A stretch of 64,000 nt of DNA from Orbicella franksi (lineage: Eukaryota), in NCBI GenBank assembly GCA_964199315.1, contig OZ116703.1, positions 31,124,001-31,188,000 on the forward strand, read 5' to 3'. The notes below the pieces were generated by a model, which saw only the letters and a program-made list of their open reading frames with translations, was not told the origin of the DNA and searched no databases. Positions 26,677-38,769 of the stretch are shown piece by piece (position 1 is the stretch's first letter; each line of letters opens with the position of its first letter). The translations under genes were made by a program, and so were the position numbers.

Positions 26677-28436
26677 AACTCTTTTAATCTTCTTTATTTA
26701 TTCGATTCATTCATTAATTAATTTATTTATTACTTTTGTCATACAGAGAGAAAGTGGAGGCGGATTTTGAAATCTGGAGGTCGTTGATTCAAATCCTCTC
26801 CCCTTACTGCTATTTGTTCTTGGTGGTCCCGAGTTCAACTCCTGGACCGTGTTGTGTAAATAGCCAACTGCTCAGCCTCCCACCAGTTGGGATTCTTAAT
26901 AGTTTATGTTCTATTTGCAATATTTAGTTATTTGTAGCATCCCCAATTAAAACGACAGTGCTAAATACATTTGACACTTCAATAAAGTTATTAAATGTAT
27001 TATGTTATTATAAGGTCTAGCTCTGCTGATCGACAGCTTTTCACTATCAAACTTCAAGGTTTCCTTCGTCACAAAATCAAACATCTTCGACATCGCTCGA
27101 TCTGCGAACAGTGTAGCCATCAAGTCCGTTGGACGGCTTTTTTTTACTGCCTGGTGTTACACCATGCTGATGACTCCTACCAAGGACGAAACAGCAGTCC
27201 TTGGCTGCCATTCATAGGTAACAGGTTGTGCGCATGCGTTTATGTCAGTTCATAGCTCATTGGTTTATAATAAGCTGCGCGATTCCCTCTAAGCTGAGCA
27301 CATTCGGATAATTCTACAATTTTCGGGTTTCTTTTGTTTTTTTCTTCTCTTAAGCCTAAATATTTTACCCAAGACCAAATTACAAGAGCTTCCGGGATAT
27401 CTGCACTGTCTACTGACAAGTGAGCCCTGGTCTTCGTTGAGAAACCTCTCTTCGTTTCTGTGCCTTTGGATTTTTGAATTGTAACGTCATGAATTACATG
27501 TAATTTACATTTATAAATTACATAATTATAAATTCTCCCCCGGGAGTGAAAATAGTGGGCTATTTAACAATTAAGGCGGGCTATTGACCCTTGAGGGCGA
27601 AGGGTCTAATTGTTTTAGTATCACCCAACTAGTCGGACAGAAAAGGCAATAATGAAGTTAGCAAATGCAAGTTGAATAAATATTTATTTGGGAATAAAAC
27701 GAAAGAAAGCGTCACGCTCGACTGTGCCAATTTCGCTACTCGAGGGGGGCAAACAAACTGCATTATGGGGGATGTGGAAATGGCGAATTTGAAGAAAAAT
27801 CAGTTCATATTATGCATCAGTTTATATGACATCACATACAATACTGACTAATAATTTTCCTAATTAAATTATTAAAGTAACTTGTGCTAGTTGGCTGTTA
27901 CACTCAATGTAATGCACGACGTCATTACTTAATTAACTCCTAAATGATTTCCTGTCCTGGTAATTGATTCTTTAATTTTAATTGCGCAATCCCATCATGA
28001 CAAATATTGGTGGTGAAAATGGTTTGTCATCCAGGATATTACTACATGACTTCTTATTAAGAGTGACGACATGACGTCAGTCCCATTTCGCTAATTATTT
28101 CAGCTAATTAACTAGTTAAGTAGTCTGTCCACAGACGTTAATTTTTTTTCGCTTGGAGTTGTTTTTCTTTGAGCGCGCGAGAGCGGCCGCGAAGCGGGCT
28201 AAATTTTGATCTTTCCTCAGCCCCACCCCCTTGCGTTCTAGCGCGCATATCCCACGCGCCGGGTTAATTTTTCCTGAGCTTGTGACCTTAAACAACTCAA
28301 GACAAACTGGAGGGTCTGTTAACAGACTACTAGTTAAGTGAATAACTGCCGTAACGATAGCCTAACTCTCATCCTTATTAGGAGCCATCATCATCAAAGG
28401 GGTTTTAAAATTGCCTAAATAGTTACATAAGGAGCG

Positions 28437-28769
28437 TTTCGCAACTGGCTTGTGACGTGAACAGAAATCAACATAATATAATCAGTTGAAGGTTTTCTTA
28501 CCAAATGTTTCGCAATAAGGGACGGATATTACGCAATAAGGGATGGAGTGCTACGCGTTTTCTGATTGTCGCTGGTATGCTTACATTTTCAAAAAATGAA
28601 AATGTTTCATTTTTTATGGATACGGTCGAAACACAAGTTTTTGCGTCCTTGCAAATACCGAGATCGAATGCTGCAACTCAATGAAATAATTAGTAAAACA
28701 ATTACTTGTGGTAATTACTGCCAATTACAACCCAATAAAAGTTGTTTACGTAATAATTTTGCTATAAAG
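28437..28769 (+). promoter_or_regulatory. Conserved promoter module, copy 2, with an added PAR-bZIP/D-box-like site
   Basis: TTTCGCAAC 28437, TGACGT 28453, CTTACCAAATGTTTCGCAATAA 28497-28518, TTACGCAATAA 28529, TTACGTAA 28746-28753, GCTATAAAGC 28761-28770. Confidence 0.55.
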
Positions 28770-28857
28770 CTTGTAGTGTCACTAGTTTTCTGACATTATA
28801 TTCTGAATGTTCTTCGCATTCTCGTGTATAACTTCCAAAACAAAATATTCAAGAGAA

Positions 28858-29232
28858 ATGTCTTCACTGGAGTGCAGCACAGTTTTAGAGGCTCTCGAGA
28901 TTCAAAATTCAAGAGAAAACCAACCGAGGTTAATTAACAGATGGTCTACTGTTTCTAATCTTGCCGAACAAAGCGGCGATGAGAAGATTAGCACAAGTAC
29001 TTGGAATGGAACCGCGTCGTGTATTAGTTACTTCATGGAAAAAAGGAAATCGCAAGCTTTGACTGAGAACGCTCAGAAGTTGTCAGACGCAGAGATGGAG
29101 CAGTTGGAGATCGACATCTTCAAGCCTCTGGATTTTTATGACATCTTATTCAGCAGAATGAAGATCAAAGGCAAGAAAACACATGCTAAACGTGTCACAT
29201 TCGCCGAAAAAGTATTTGTAATTAGATTCTAA
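28858..29232 (+). CDS. Intronless 124-aa DIFKPLDF-family protein (alternative in-frame ATG at 28807)
   Basis: Open frame with ENQPRLINRWSTVSNLAEQS...ASCISYFME...[35 protein letters not shown]...KRVTFAEKVFVIRF. Confidence 0.8.
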   Translation: MSSLECSTVLEALEIQNSRENQPRLINRWSTVSNLAEQSGDEKISTSTWNGTASCISYFMEKRKSQALTENAQKLSDAEMEQLEIDIFKPLDFYDILFSRMKIKGKKTHAKRVTFAEKVFVIRF

Positions 29233-29329
29233 AAGAACCTTTGAACCCTTGGATGCTAGATGCAGTGGTAGGAAAATCATTGTTTCCTGGAAAAACAGTC
29301 TCGAAGATTGAAAATCTAGGACTTAGAAT

Positions 29330-29428
29330 CAGGGATCGGGGATCGGGGATCAGGGATCGGAGATAGGGGCTCGGGGATAGGAGCTCGGGGATAGAAGGTC
29401 GGGGATCGAAGATAGGGGACCAGGGACC
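29330..29428. repeat. Degenerate heptamer tandem repeat (GGGATCG-like)
   Basis: AGGGATCGGGGATCGGGGATCAGGGATCGG...GGGGACCAGGGACC seen directly. Confidence 0.8.
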
Positions 29429-32062
29429 CAATTTTTTGGATGTTAGGCTGTCACTGTAACTGGCACTTTTGTAAATGATACAAGAACAATACCAAGTCTG
29501 GAAAATTAACAATTTTGGCCCCTGCACGTGTCAACTATACTGAAATTTTATTTTTCTTGACATGCCGATTAAGGTGGTTTTCCACAGCCTTAAGGAGGTA
29601 AAAAGATCTCAACTTTTACTCTTTTGTAAATTGTTCAGAACCATGTTTAGATTTTAGAGATACTTTGTAATCTATGTTCGCTGTAACTGAAGCGACGCTA
29701 ACCTGAAGCAACAAGAAATAAATAAATATCAAAGAAAGATCCAAAGCGTGAGATTATTTTCAAGGCGTGCAAATGCGCGTAAATTGCGCACTTTTGCTCT
29801 CTTTCGATTTCTCTCTGTAGCAGTTGATTCTTCCGATCCAAATCGAGGACTTCAGAAATCTTATGTTCTTATCAAACTCGCTCTTAGTCACTGGAAATGC
29901 CATATCTGCTTTATTACTGACTGACGGTATTTTGACTAACCATATCACAAAGTCAAGTAAAATATCCATGGCAAGACCAAAAACGGAAGCCTGATATGTC
30001 TTCGAAGCGTTCCAAGCAGGTAAATACAGGTAAATGCAGGTACGATTAGCTCATTCCAGGTTACAGAAGTTTATAATTATCCCAGAATTCTAAGACCTTC
30101 TGGTATTTATCAAATCGGTCTCAAATCTGAGATATTGATTTCGCCCGAAATCCAAACACTAGACAAGGCTTTGCGAATTTATGTTTGACAATCGAGTGAA
30201 GAAAGCGTTTGAAAGCATCCTCCCTCTCTGATGATATACTGACTGTGGTGAAATAAAAGTCTTCGTGTCGTTTCGTTTCGTTTCGTTATGTGCTGCTAGT
30301 CCCAAGGGACTCGGTCGGCAGGAGCAGACTCATTGAGAGACTGGGTCTAGCCTATGAAGAACATGACTGCTAGAGTGTGGTGAGTTTTATTGTTTTGTAT
30401 TTCTTTTGCGATCGTGCTTGACGTGGCTTTACTGGGTGCATTGACGTTAGTTCCAGGGGTTAACTGGCCTTATAGATAATTCGCGTAAAGAATTCTGCTT
30501 TCTGACAAAGTTAAAAGATTATCTCCATAATGGTGCTGTAGCACACTTGAAATTTCACTTTTACAAGGAAAGTTCTGTTTTGTTTGAACCCTAGATATTT
30601 AGCTTGTTATTGTCCTCCTGTGGCATATAATTGAGTAATTAGTATACAGTGTATATGCAGATTTGGGTTGCGTGCTGTAAAATTTGGAAATAATTTTGGA
30701 GGACTTTCAAAATTTGATGGGGCTATATAAGGCTTGGACTTGGTCCAATTTGGCAGTCAGAGGAATTCTTTGATCAGTTCAGTTATTATCAAATTGGACC
30801 AGCATGTAGTCATATTGCCTGTTAATTATGTTGTGCATGGAATAGATTGTGTTACAGTCGCCCTCCCTGAAAGAAGAAAAATTTGGAGAGAGCATCTGTG
30901 TGTTGCTGTTGGTAATTGCGTTTAAGGCCAAGTGATTTTTCCTGGAGTGGAAAATGATCTGCTTAGTTGATCGGTGATGTTTGTAGCTTGTTGAACTTAG
31001 CGCTTTACATTTTATCGGCTACACTGACGAATATCTTGAGGGCTGGCCATGGACACCAAAATGGAAATTTGTTACACTTTGTGGGTAAGATCAAGGTTTA
31101 GAATTTTTAAGGTTGAAAAAGGCAGATTAACGGACGTAATCAGTATTTTATGGCAACAAAATTATTCCACAAGTTGTCTGTTTTTTTTTTATCTGTGAAC
31201 TCTCAAAGGTCATTAACTGTTTCATCTAGAGAGCAAGTTCCTTTGTTGTCTCTGTGTGTCACATCAGCTGTTGTGACACTGAAATGGTTTCAGTGCATGG
31301 ATTAAATATTTAAACATGGGACACGATTATTAATGGCAACACACGGACGCTCGCTGATTTTCTCTTTCAGCGAGGGTGTCTGTAGCACAGGCTGTTTGCA
31401 TGAAACTGTCTAAATTACTTATCAAATGATCATGTTTACTTTGGGATTTGAGCTGACAATTTCATTATTAACTACTTTAAGGTCTTTAAGGGAAAACTTC
31501 AGACCGAGACCTTGCCATATTGGACGAACGACAGCAAGGCTGAGGTTTGAGATTTTTGCTGTAAAGACCGAACATTTGAGCTAACTGGTAATAAGTCGTT
31601 TATTACTTATGGCTTTTTGATTTGTTTTTGCTGACCTGTTATTGCCTCTGGGCAATGTCCCATGGGCATTACGAGAGAATACTGCCCTAGAAAAGGCAAA
31701 TCAATATCAGAGCGTGATTTATATTGGTTACAGACACGGAAATTAATAATATAAAATATTCTGAGTGGGTGAAGAGTCTCAATAGCCAGAATTTTGGAAG
31801 GAAAGTATGAAGCAAAGCTAGTATTTACAGAAGGCTGGAGGGTGCAAACCAAAACATATTCTGTGGGAGGGTAAAGATATTTGATAGTTTCCTGATATGC
31901 TGTAAATGATGTACTGTCATACTTGAATTTAAAGACAATCATAGTGCCTTTATAAAATTTCATAAAAATGTTAATTTGTTTTTCTTTCAGATTGCTTGTT
32001 ATGGAGAGCTTTGTATTAGAGATATCATATTTACTACAAAACTGTACTGTGAAAACCTTGCG

Positions 32063-33661
32063 ATGCTAACAGCTACTGGAGAGATACCCAATCTTTTGCC
32101 AGAGATTGTTGAAAGGATAGCTCTGTTTCTACCAGTCCCAGAAGTCTGCAAATGTATGCAGGTTTGCAAACTATGGAAGGTAAGTAATGCTGCAACTATT
32201 AAAAAGCTTCAATTTGATCAATGCTTTCTGTAAGTTGAGGAATGTTATTTAGCTCTGAAATCACTTGAAGGCAAGGTAGATTTTCATAATTTATACCAGT
32301 CATTCAGTGAAAGTCATCCTGTATCTGTTCCATTTGAATCTGCACTTGAAATCTGAGCAACAGTTAAACATTCCTCCATTCCAGTCGATAGAGATGGCTT
32401 TAGTTTTGCTTCCAGTTTAGCCAGGTCTTTCAAGGAACAAATTTTAACTGCAGGACTGGCATCATCTTTACGAAGAAAAATATTTCCATAAAAGGACCAG
32501 ATATATCGAAACCTAAATTTCTTCTTGAATTCGTTAGATTTATGGAAAAGTTCCCTTCTAGATGGAGTTAAGCTTTCTTGAATAAAGATCTTGTTTTCTC
32601 CTTGTCTGCCCAGACCAATGTCATCAATGGTTAAATTCTTCAACTTGGATCTTGCTTTGTATTGACGTTTGTAAATTGCTTTGTATCGACCTTTGTATCA
32701 ATCTTGCTTTATATCGACCAGGTTAGAACTAATTATGGTTAAATTCAATACATACATTTCTCTGGTCCTTCTATCTGGAACAATTTGGATGAAGAGATAA
32801 AAAGTTTCTCCACGTTTATTTAAACAAACCTTGACTAAGCAATTTCTAAGTTCTTATGCTTAATGCTAGCTTAGTATTTTTCTTTAAGTTACTATTGCTC
32901 TTAATTTAACAATGCTCTGTCTATAACTGGTACTGTTACTACTTATATTTCTTTTTATATTTATATCTATATATATTTTTTCTCTTTCTAAATCTTCTTT
33001 TCTTTATTTTTCCTACAACCGATTTAAAGGGTAATAATTCTTGTAACTACTCAGCTCGTTTAGTTTTTACTATTTTGAGTAGGTTTTTTTTTTGCTTATT
33101 AAGTTTGATGTATTCTTTTGCTAAATGATATTCTATGTATTATGCAAAATAAAATGGTTATTGTTGTTGTTGTTCTCAATAAATTAATGTTTCTTTTGTT
33201 TCCAGGAACTTCTATCTTCAGAACAATTTTCTAAAATGTATGTGATTAACTATTTTAACCTGGATGTGGAAGATGAACCCACTGGTTTTTTAAAAACATG
33301 GAGCAATCCAGACTATTGGTTCTGCTACTGGGCCCGAAGAGAAAATGTTAATCAGGCTTGGGTATTTTCTGATCTTCCAAAGCGCTGGAAATGTGGAATA
33401 GTTCATTTGGCTGATTATTCACTTCAGACGCATCATGACTTGAAGTATAAAGATTTCTGCCGTGCTGTGTACATATTGACCAGGATACAAAGGATGGCAA
33501 AAGAATTGCGTTTGGACTGTGGTAATATTATTGAACCCCTCTGATATTGCCTCGGGTGTAAAATAATGTAGTTTGGTCCCAAGATTTCAAGATCGAAGTG
33601 CTTCATCTAAATTTGACCCCCCTGGGAATTTCTAATTTTTTTACATGGGCACAATAATAAT

Positions 33662-33711
<50 letters not shown>

Positions 33712-35130
33712 TGAAAAAATTACTCGATTCTGATTGGCTGAGAGCAGTGTAGTTCAAGTGTAACATCAGTGCAAAAAGTGTAACACCAGTGCAAATTACA
33801 CATTGTAATTCTGGGTTATGATTGGCTGAAAGACAAAAGGAAATTTTTGATGCCAATGATATTAGGTAAAATGATGAGGAAGATTTTGTGCGGAAACTTT
33901 GAAAAAAGTTTTCTCAAATGAGAAAAAATGGCTTCAAGCAAGGTCTTCTGGCACTTCCATGCAAAATTTTTCATGTTTATATTATTAATAAGTAATCATA
34001 CAGTTTTTCTCATTCAATTTGGAATTAATTTGCACTTGTGAGTTTTTCAAAAAGCTGAAATTGCACTCCTCGAAGCGACTTGTGCAATTTCAGCTTTTTG
34101 AAAAACTCACTTGTGCAAATTAATTCCAAATTGAACTAGAAACCGTATGGTTACCTATACTACTACTACTAATAATGATAATGACAGTGACAATAACAAT
34201 AACAATGGTAATGATATTAAATAATAATAATAGATATTTCTATAGACTAATTACTCATGATAATTTGCATAACAAAGAAATAAATACTGATTTCTGACAG
34301 AAAGCAGAGAAATTTTAACGTAAGTGATCGATGAGACGGTAAGCATGTCCCACTTACTAGTGAGGTACTAAGAATATAATTGTGTTTTTCCAGAAAATAT
34401 CGATGCCCCTCCCCCCTCAACAGAAGGGCTTTTTGATTGAACCCCCCATCCCTTCAGAAATTCCAGCTTCATCTCTTTAAAGATCTAAGACGGAATTTCC
34501 AGTGTTTGGTGGACATCAAGTTACCAGAATGATATCAGCTGCCAGTTGATTATTTTTTGGCACCTCTTTCCTTGAGGGAATGAAGCAACCTGTTCTTAAA
34601 CCATATTTTCTCATATTTTGTGCCATCAAGTTGTAGAACTACTGATGTTTAGAAATATTCCATTTCTTGCAAGTCATAACCATATGACTAAAGGAGTGTT
34701 TTCTTTTCATGGTCATTTCTCAGGAGCTTGGGGTAATGAAGGAGCTGGTCTTATAGAGGTTTGCATGTTTCCCTGGAGCAAACAGACTCTGCCCACTTCG
34801 GACGACATTTTATCAAGTTTCAACTTTCATCCTGAGATGCACAATGGCCCAATGGTGAAAAATGAAATAACAGCATTGAAGATTGATTCAGAGAAAGAAT
34901 CAGAGGACGGAATCCAAAGAGGGCATGTAAGATGGAATACGCTGCAGACGGCATATGATGCAGACGTCAAAAAAGCATGTGATTTCTTTGGCTGGCTTGA
35001 GAACATTTTCACTCCAATGACTCGTATTTGTATTGGGTGTGAGAGAATGAATCCAACACCATGTTTTATTTTGGCGCATCTTGCACCTGGGTGGGTGGGG
35101 GGCATTTTGTCATCTTTGGTTCTTACATGA
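32063..35130 (+). CDS. F-box protein with putative NuiA-like C-terminal domain, paralog 1 (at least 279 aa)
   Basis: Exons 32063-32179 (F-box LLPEIVERIALFLPVPEVCKCMQVCKLWK; acceptor at 31991), 33206-33521 (316 nt) and 34724-35130 (ends PGWVGGILSSLVLT-TGA). Intron phases and the 316-nt middle exon match paralogs 2 and 3. The N-terminus is uncertain: a possible in-frame upstream exon lies at 31049-31084. Confidence 0.88.
32230..33175. mobile_element. Rearranged CR1/L2-type LINE fragment in F-box paralog 1 intron
   Basis: - strand 32230-32661: ORF1 C-terminus (YKARSKLKNL...KIFIQESLTPSRRELF...WSFYGNIFLRKD) plus ORF2 start (YENLPCLQVISELNNIP). + strand 32703-33175: degenerate ORF2 end (VRTNYG...GPSIWNNLDEEIK), AATAAA and a (GTT)n tail. 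Confidence 0.75.
33653..33708. repeat. (AAT)n microsatellite
   Basis: Seen directly. Confidence 0.95.
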
Positions 35131-36432
35131 TAGACATTAGTCCTTCTTTTCTCATAGTTCATCGAGTGAGAATTGGAACCTTGTATATGGCTGGTGCTCC
35201 TGAAAATTAAATTAACCAATCACCATTCAAAAGGGAGGAGAAATAATTATTATTGTACCATCGTGATTCCATGTGTTTGTTAACAGGAAAGGCTTCTAAG
35301 TTCAGTCACATTCTCAGTGGTCTGAGTATAAATGAATTTTTGTGAGAAGAGATTTAAAATGCAAAAAAGCCATAACAAATTGTACAGATGAAAGATATGA
35401 AACATTTTGTTTCTCTAAGCTTTAAAATTGGTGTCAAAACTTGTTCGCAGTGAAATTAGCGGTATTAATTAAAAGGTAAAATTCCAAAGTTAAGAGGCCA
35501 TATTAGGCATGAAGAAATTTAAAAATAATAGTAAATGTTTACAGTGCCTTTTCTCAACAATTCAAAGGTGCTAAAATAGACATACTGAATATCGTTAAAA
35601 GTAGACAGCATGGCTTTGACTAGTGCTTGTTAAGTGTTTTTCCCAGCACATTATGCAAGGGAAAAGTGCTCAAGAATCTGGTATGCGTGTGTGGGGAGAG
35701 AGATTTATGTCTCCCCCTCGGTGGCTTTTTTTTTTTTTTTTGCTTCTCATAGAAAAGAAGGACTGCTTATGGTCATAATTTTTTCCCTGAATAATATATG
35801 TTTTGACATTTTTGTGTTTCAAAATCCTGATGTTGAACTGTCACTCAGGATTTCAAAACAACAGTAGCGTGAAAGAAAGTCAGATTTCACATTATTCTGA
35901 GACAAGGTAATCGAAAATGTAAAATGTAGAGAAATCATAATTTTGAGACCACAGAAGAAAGTCTTGATAATGAACATTTGGATAAATTAAGGTTTAACTA
36001 TGAAAGTTGAACTATTAAAAAACTGAATGATATGACTGAATGAATGATCCAATATTGAGGGACTGAAATGACCGAGTGCTTAAGGGAAGACTGGGTACAA
36101 GTACTCTGTAGTAATATAACAGACACGAATGACCGTGTTTGGCCAAAAATCCAAACACCGAGAAGAGAGTTGAAAAAATGGCGCGCAGCTGATTATTTTT
36201 GACGAACTTCGAGATGTTTGGAAATGTGGTCAAACACTGTCTTGAGTGTTTGATATATATTCTCAATCCAAATTAAAACTAAGGAGAAAACGCGAAGCGA
36301 AGCGATCTGGCGGGGAGGAGACTGGTGAAATAAGCGATATCCATCTTCACCTGTCTACACCCAAGTTTACCGTACATTTCTTAAATTTAAAATTTCATAC
36401 GTGGAATGAAAAAAATATTACAAATAGTCAAC

Positions 36433-36673
36433 AATAGACCATTTTACAGTTGTCTGCTCAGTGACCTGGCCTTTGCATGGCAGCGAGGCTAGAGTTGACC
36501 TTGTTTTGATACAGACCTCACTGCTTTTGTCATGTAAATGCACCTAGTTAGCATCAGAACAACTTGTTTTACACAACAAAAGCAATGAGGTCTATATCAA
36601 AACAAGGTCAACTCTAGCCTTGCTGCAATACAAAGGCCAGGTCACTGAGCAGACAACTGTAAAATGGTCTATT
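36433..36673. mobile_element. Fold-back MITE with ~90-bp inverted arms
   Basis: AATAGACCATTTTACAGTTGTCTGCTCAGTGACCTGGCCTTTG... is mirrored by ...CAAAGGCCAGGTCACTGAGCAGACAACTGTAAAATGGTCTATT. Confidence 0.85.
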
Positions 36674-38566
36674 ACTGGACGAGGTTGAGCAAAATATCGT
36701 GATTTGTCAGTTGCGAACAGATCAATTGTTTGCCGAAGGCCGAAGCAAATAATTGATCTGCGAGACTCTAACATATCACAATATTGTGAGATAATCGAGT
36801 TCAATGATTGTTTTATCACTTCATCAACAAGTTTGTTTCTCAATTTGTAGCTCTCTGATAGCTCGGGGAAGCGATCTGCCATTTTTCACACAAGTAGCGT
36901 GGTTACAATTACGCATGAGCAGAATATTATTTGCAGAAAAACACATTTGGACACCACTACGCATGAACAGAACATTATTTGTAGGCGGTTATTTGCCATT
37001 CTCGTCCCCAGAACCTCCGTTTCTTTTGATCACGTGGTCGGAGAAACGACATTTTAAGACCAGTAGCACTGGGGACGAGAATGGTTATTTGCAGGTCACG
37101 TGGTGAATTCTTTGCCAATGAAAAGGAAAAAAAATCCATTGAATGATAAAAATACTGTCTTGAAAATGTGCGTGGTCAGTTTTCGCATCGAGATTGGTTT
37201 ACTCTAATGGCTCTTATCTTCACGGTTTTTTTTAAGATTTTCCAAAAAAATGATAATAATATCAATAAATAAAGACACTTAAAGGCATGTTATTGTATAT
37301 TTCTGGGATAAAACTTTATTAGTCATTCCGTACACGTTACACTGAAATGTTTCACGTTTGTAATGAAACACTGAGCGATTCAGTTTGCAATGTTTTTCGC
37401 GAATATATAAATACTAAGGGTCGAGCTCTAGTACAACGTTTGTTTCTACTCTGTTATAATGTGTTACATTTCGCAAGGGTGAGTCGGTTTAAGGGTCTTA
37501 AAGGCGCGAAATATTGCTCTCTGACTCGTCCCATTTCGCGAAAATCTTTGCCGCGAGATCAGGACTGGTCAATTTTGAATATATATATACATATATAGCT
37601 AATATCTTTGAGGGAAATTAAAACTAAACAAAGTCAAAATAAAGTACATGACTAAATTAAATATGAACTAAAAAGGAATAATTCTTCCTCTTAATACGAC
37701 CATTCTTATATTTAAATCGGATTACTAACTGTGAAATATAGCCACGAATGAACCGCTTGACGTCGCTAGGAATGCGTCGCACGAATATTTTCATGAATTC
37801 TACGCCACGTGAAAATAACAAGCAGTGGGGTACGATTGTTATGTACATAAATCAAGCAACGAGATAACTTGTTTTTCTGAAATCTACCACAAAATAAATT
37901 TCGCTGACCAACTAACGACAAAAATTACCTCGATCGGTTCTCTTTTCATCAGATCCTTAAATAGCCAATCCCACTTACATCTCTTATTTGCAGGAAATGA
38001 CTGAAATACATATATTTAATTTTCGATTTCAAAGGTGATACACCGTCTTTTCTTTGTAAGAATATTGTTTTTCCCGCCCAGACTGAGTATTCTTATTTTT
38101 CTACCGATTTTAGGATGAAAATATTTTTGTGAATACTCTTAGACTATGCCGTACGACGTTTATGTTTTATTGCCTTTGATGGTGTTGAAGTAATTTTGGA
38201 GCCAGACGGCAGGCAACAAAGCCTGATATGGCACACACAACATCTTGCAAAAATGTTATTAGTATCGAACATTGGGCTAATGATGTTGTTGTTGATTTTT
38301 GGCCAGTTTGCCGTTTAAAGAAAGGAATAATTTTTTTACGATTTAGGTAAAAACAAATAATTGTATTATATTTACAAATTTTCAACACACAAGTATATTC
38401 TTTTCAAAATCTCAGTTCAGGGTTCATTTTTAAAATGTTCTTAAAATTTCGCAAATTTCACCTCGACATTCTTGTAAAATATATTTTTATAGGAAAAAAA
38501 GACGGACAGAAATAGTGTAATACTACCATGAACGTAATTCTGAACCCCTCAAATTCAGATTCAGGT

Positions 38567-38769
38567 TCACCCCGTTATAAAATCCTTCAGTATGAAATCT
38601 TGCCACTCGATGACTGTAAACCTGCCCGGTTCTTTCTCCTCCCCGCTCTGACTATCTTCTACGTTCATTTTGTCAAACAAGATTTCGTAGAAATCCAAAG
38701 GTTTGAAGATGTCCAATTGCAGCGCGCGCATCTGTTCCGGGATCAGATCCTTGGCATTTTCAGGCAAGT
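38567..38769 (-). pseudogene. 5'-deleted copy of the DIFKPLDF-family gene (paralog of 50933-51376)
   Basis: Retains [33 protein letters not shown]...GRFTVIEW. The 400 bp matching 51130-51529 of copy B, including the ATG, are absent (junction TTTTCAG|GCAAG). Confidence 0.8.

Noticed and set aside
30288-32069. Possible ATF4-like uORF arrangement for F-box paralog 1 (ATGs at 30354/30363 stopping across the 30379/31991 junction; out-of-frame ATG at 32001 overlapping 32063)
   Set aside because: An alternative in-frame first exon (GCCATGG at 31049, GTAAGA donor at 31085) explains the structure equally well. The 5' exons cannot be fixed without transcripts.
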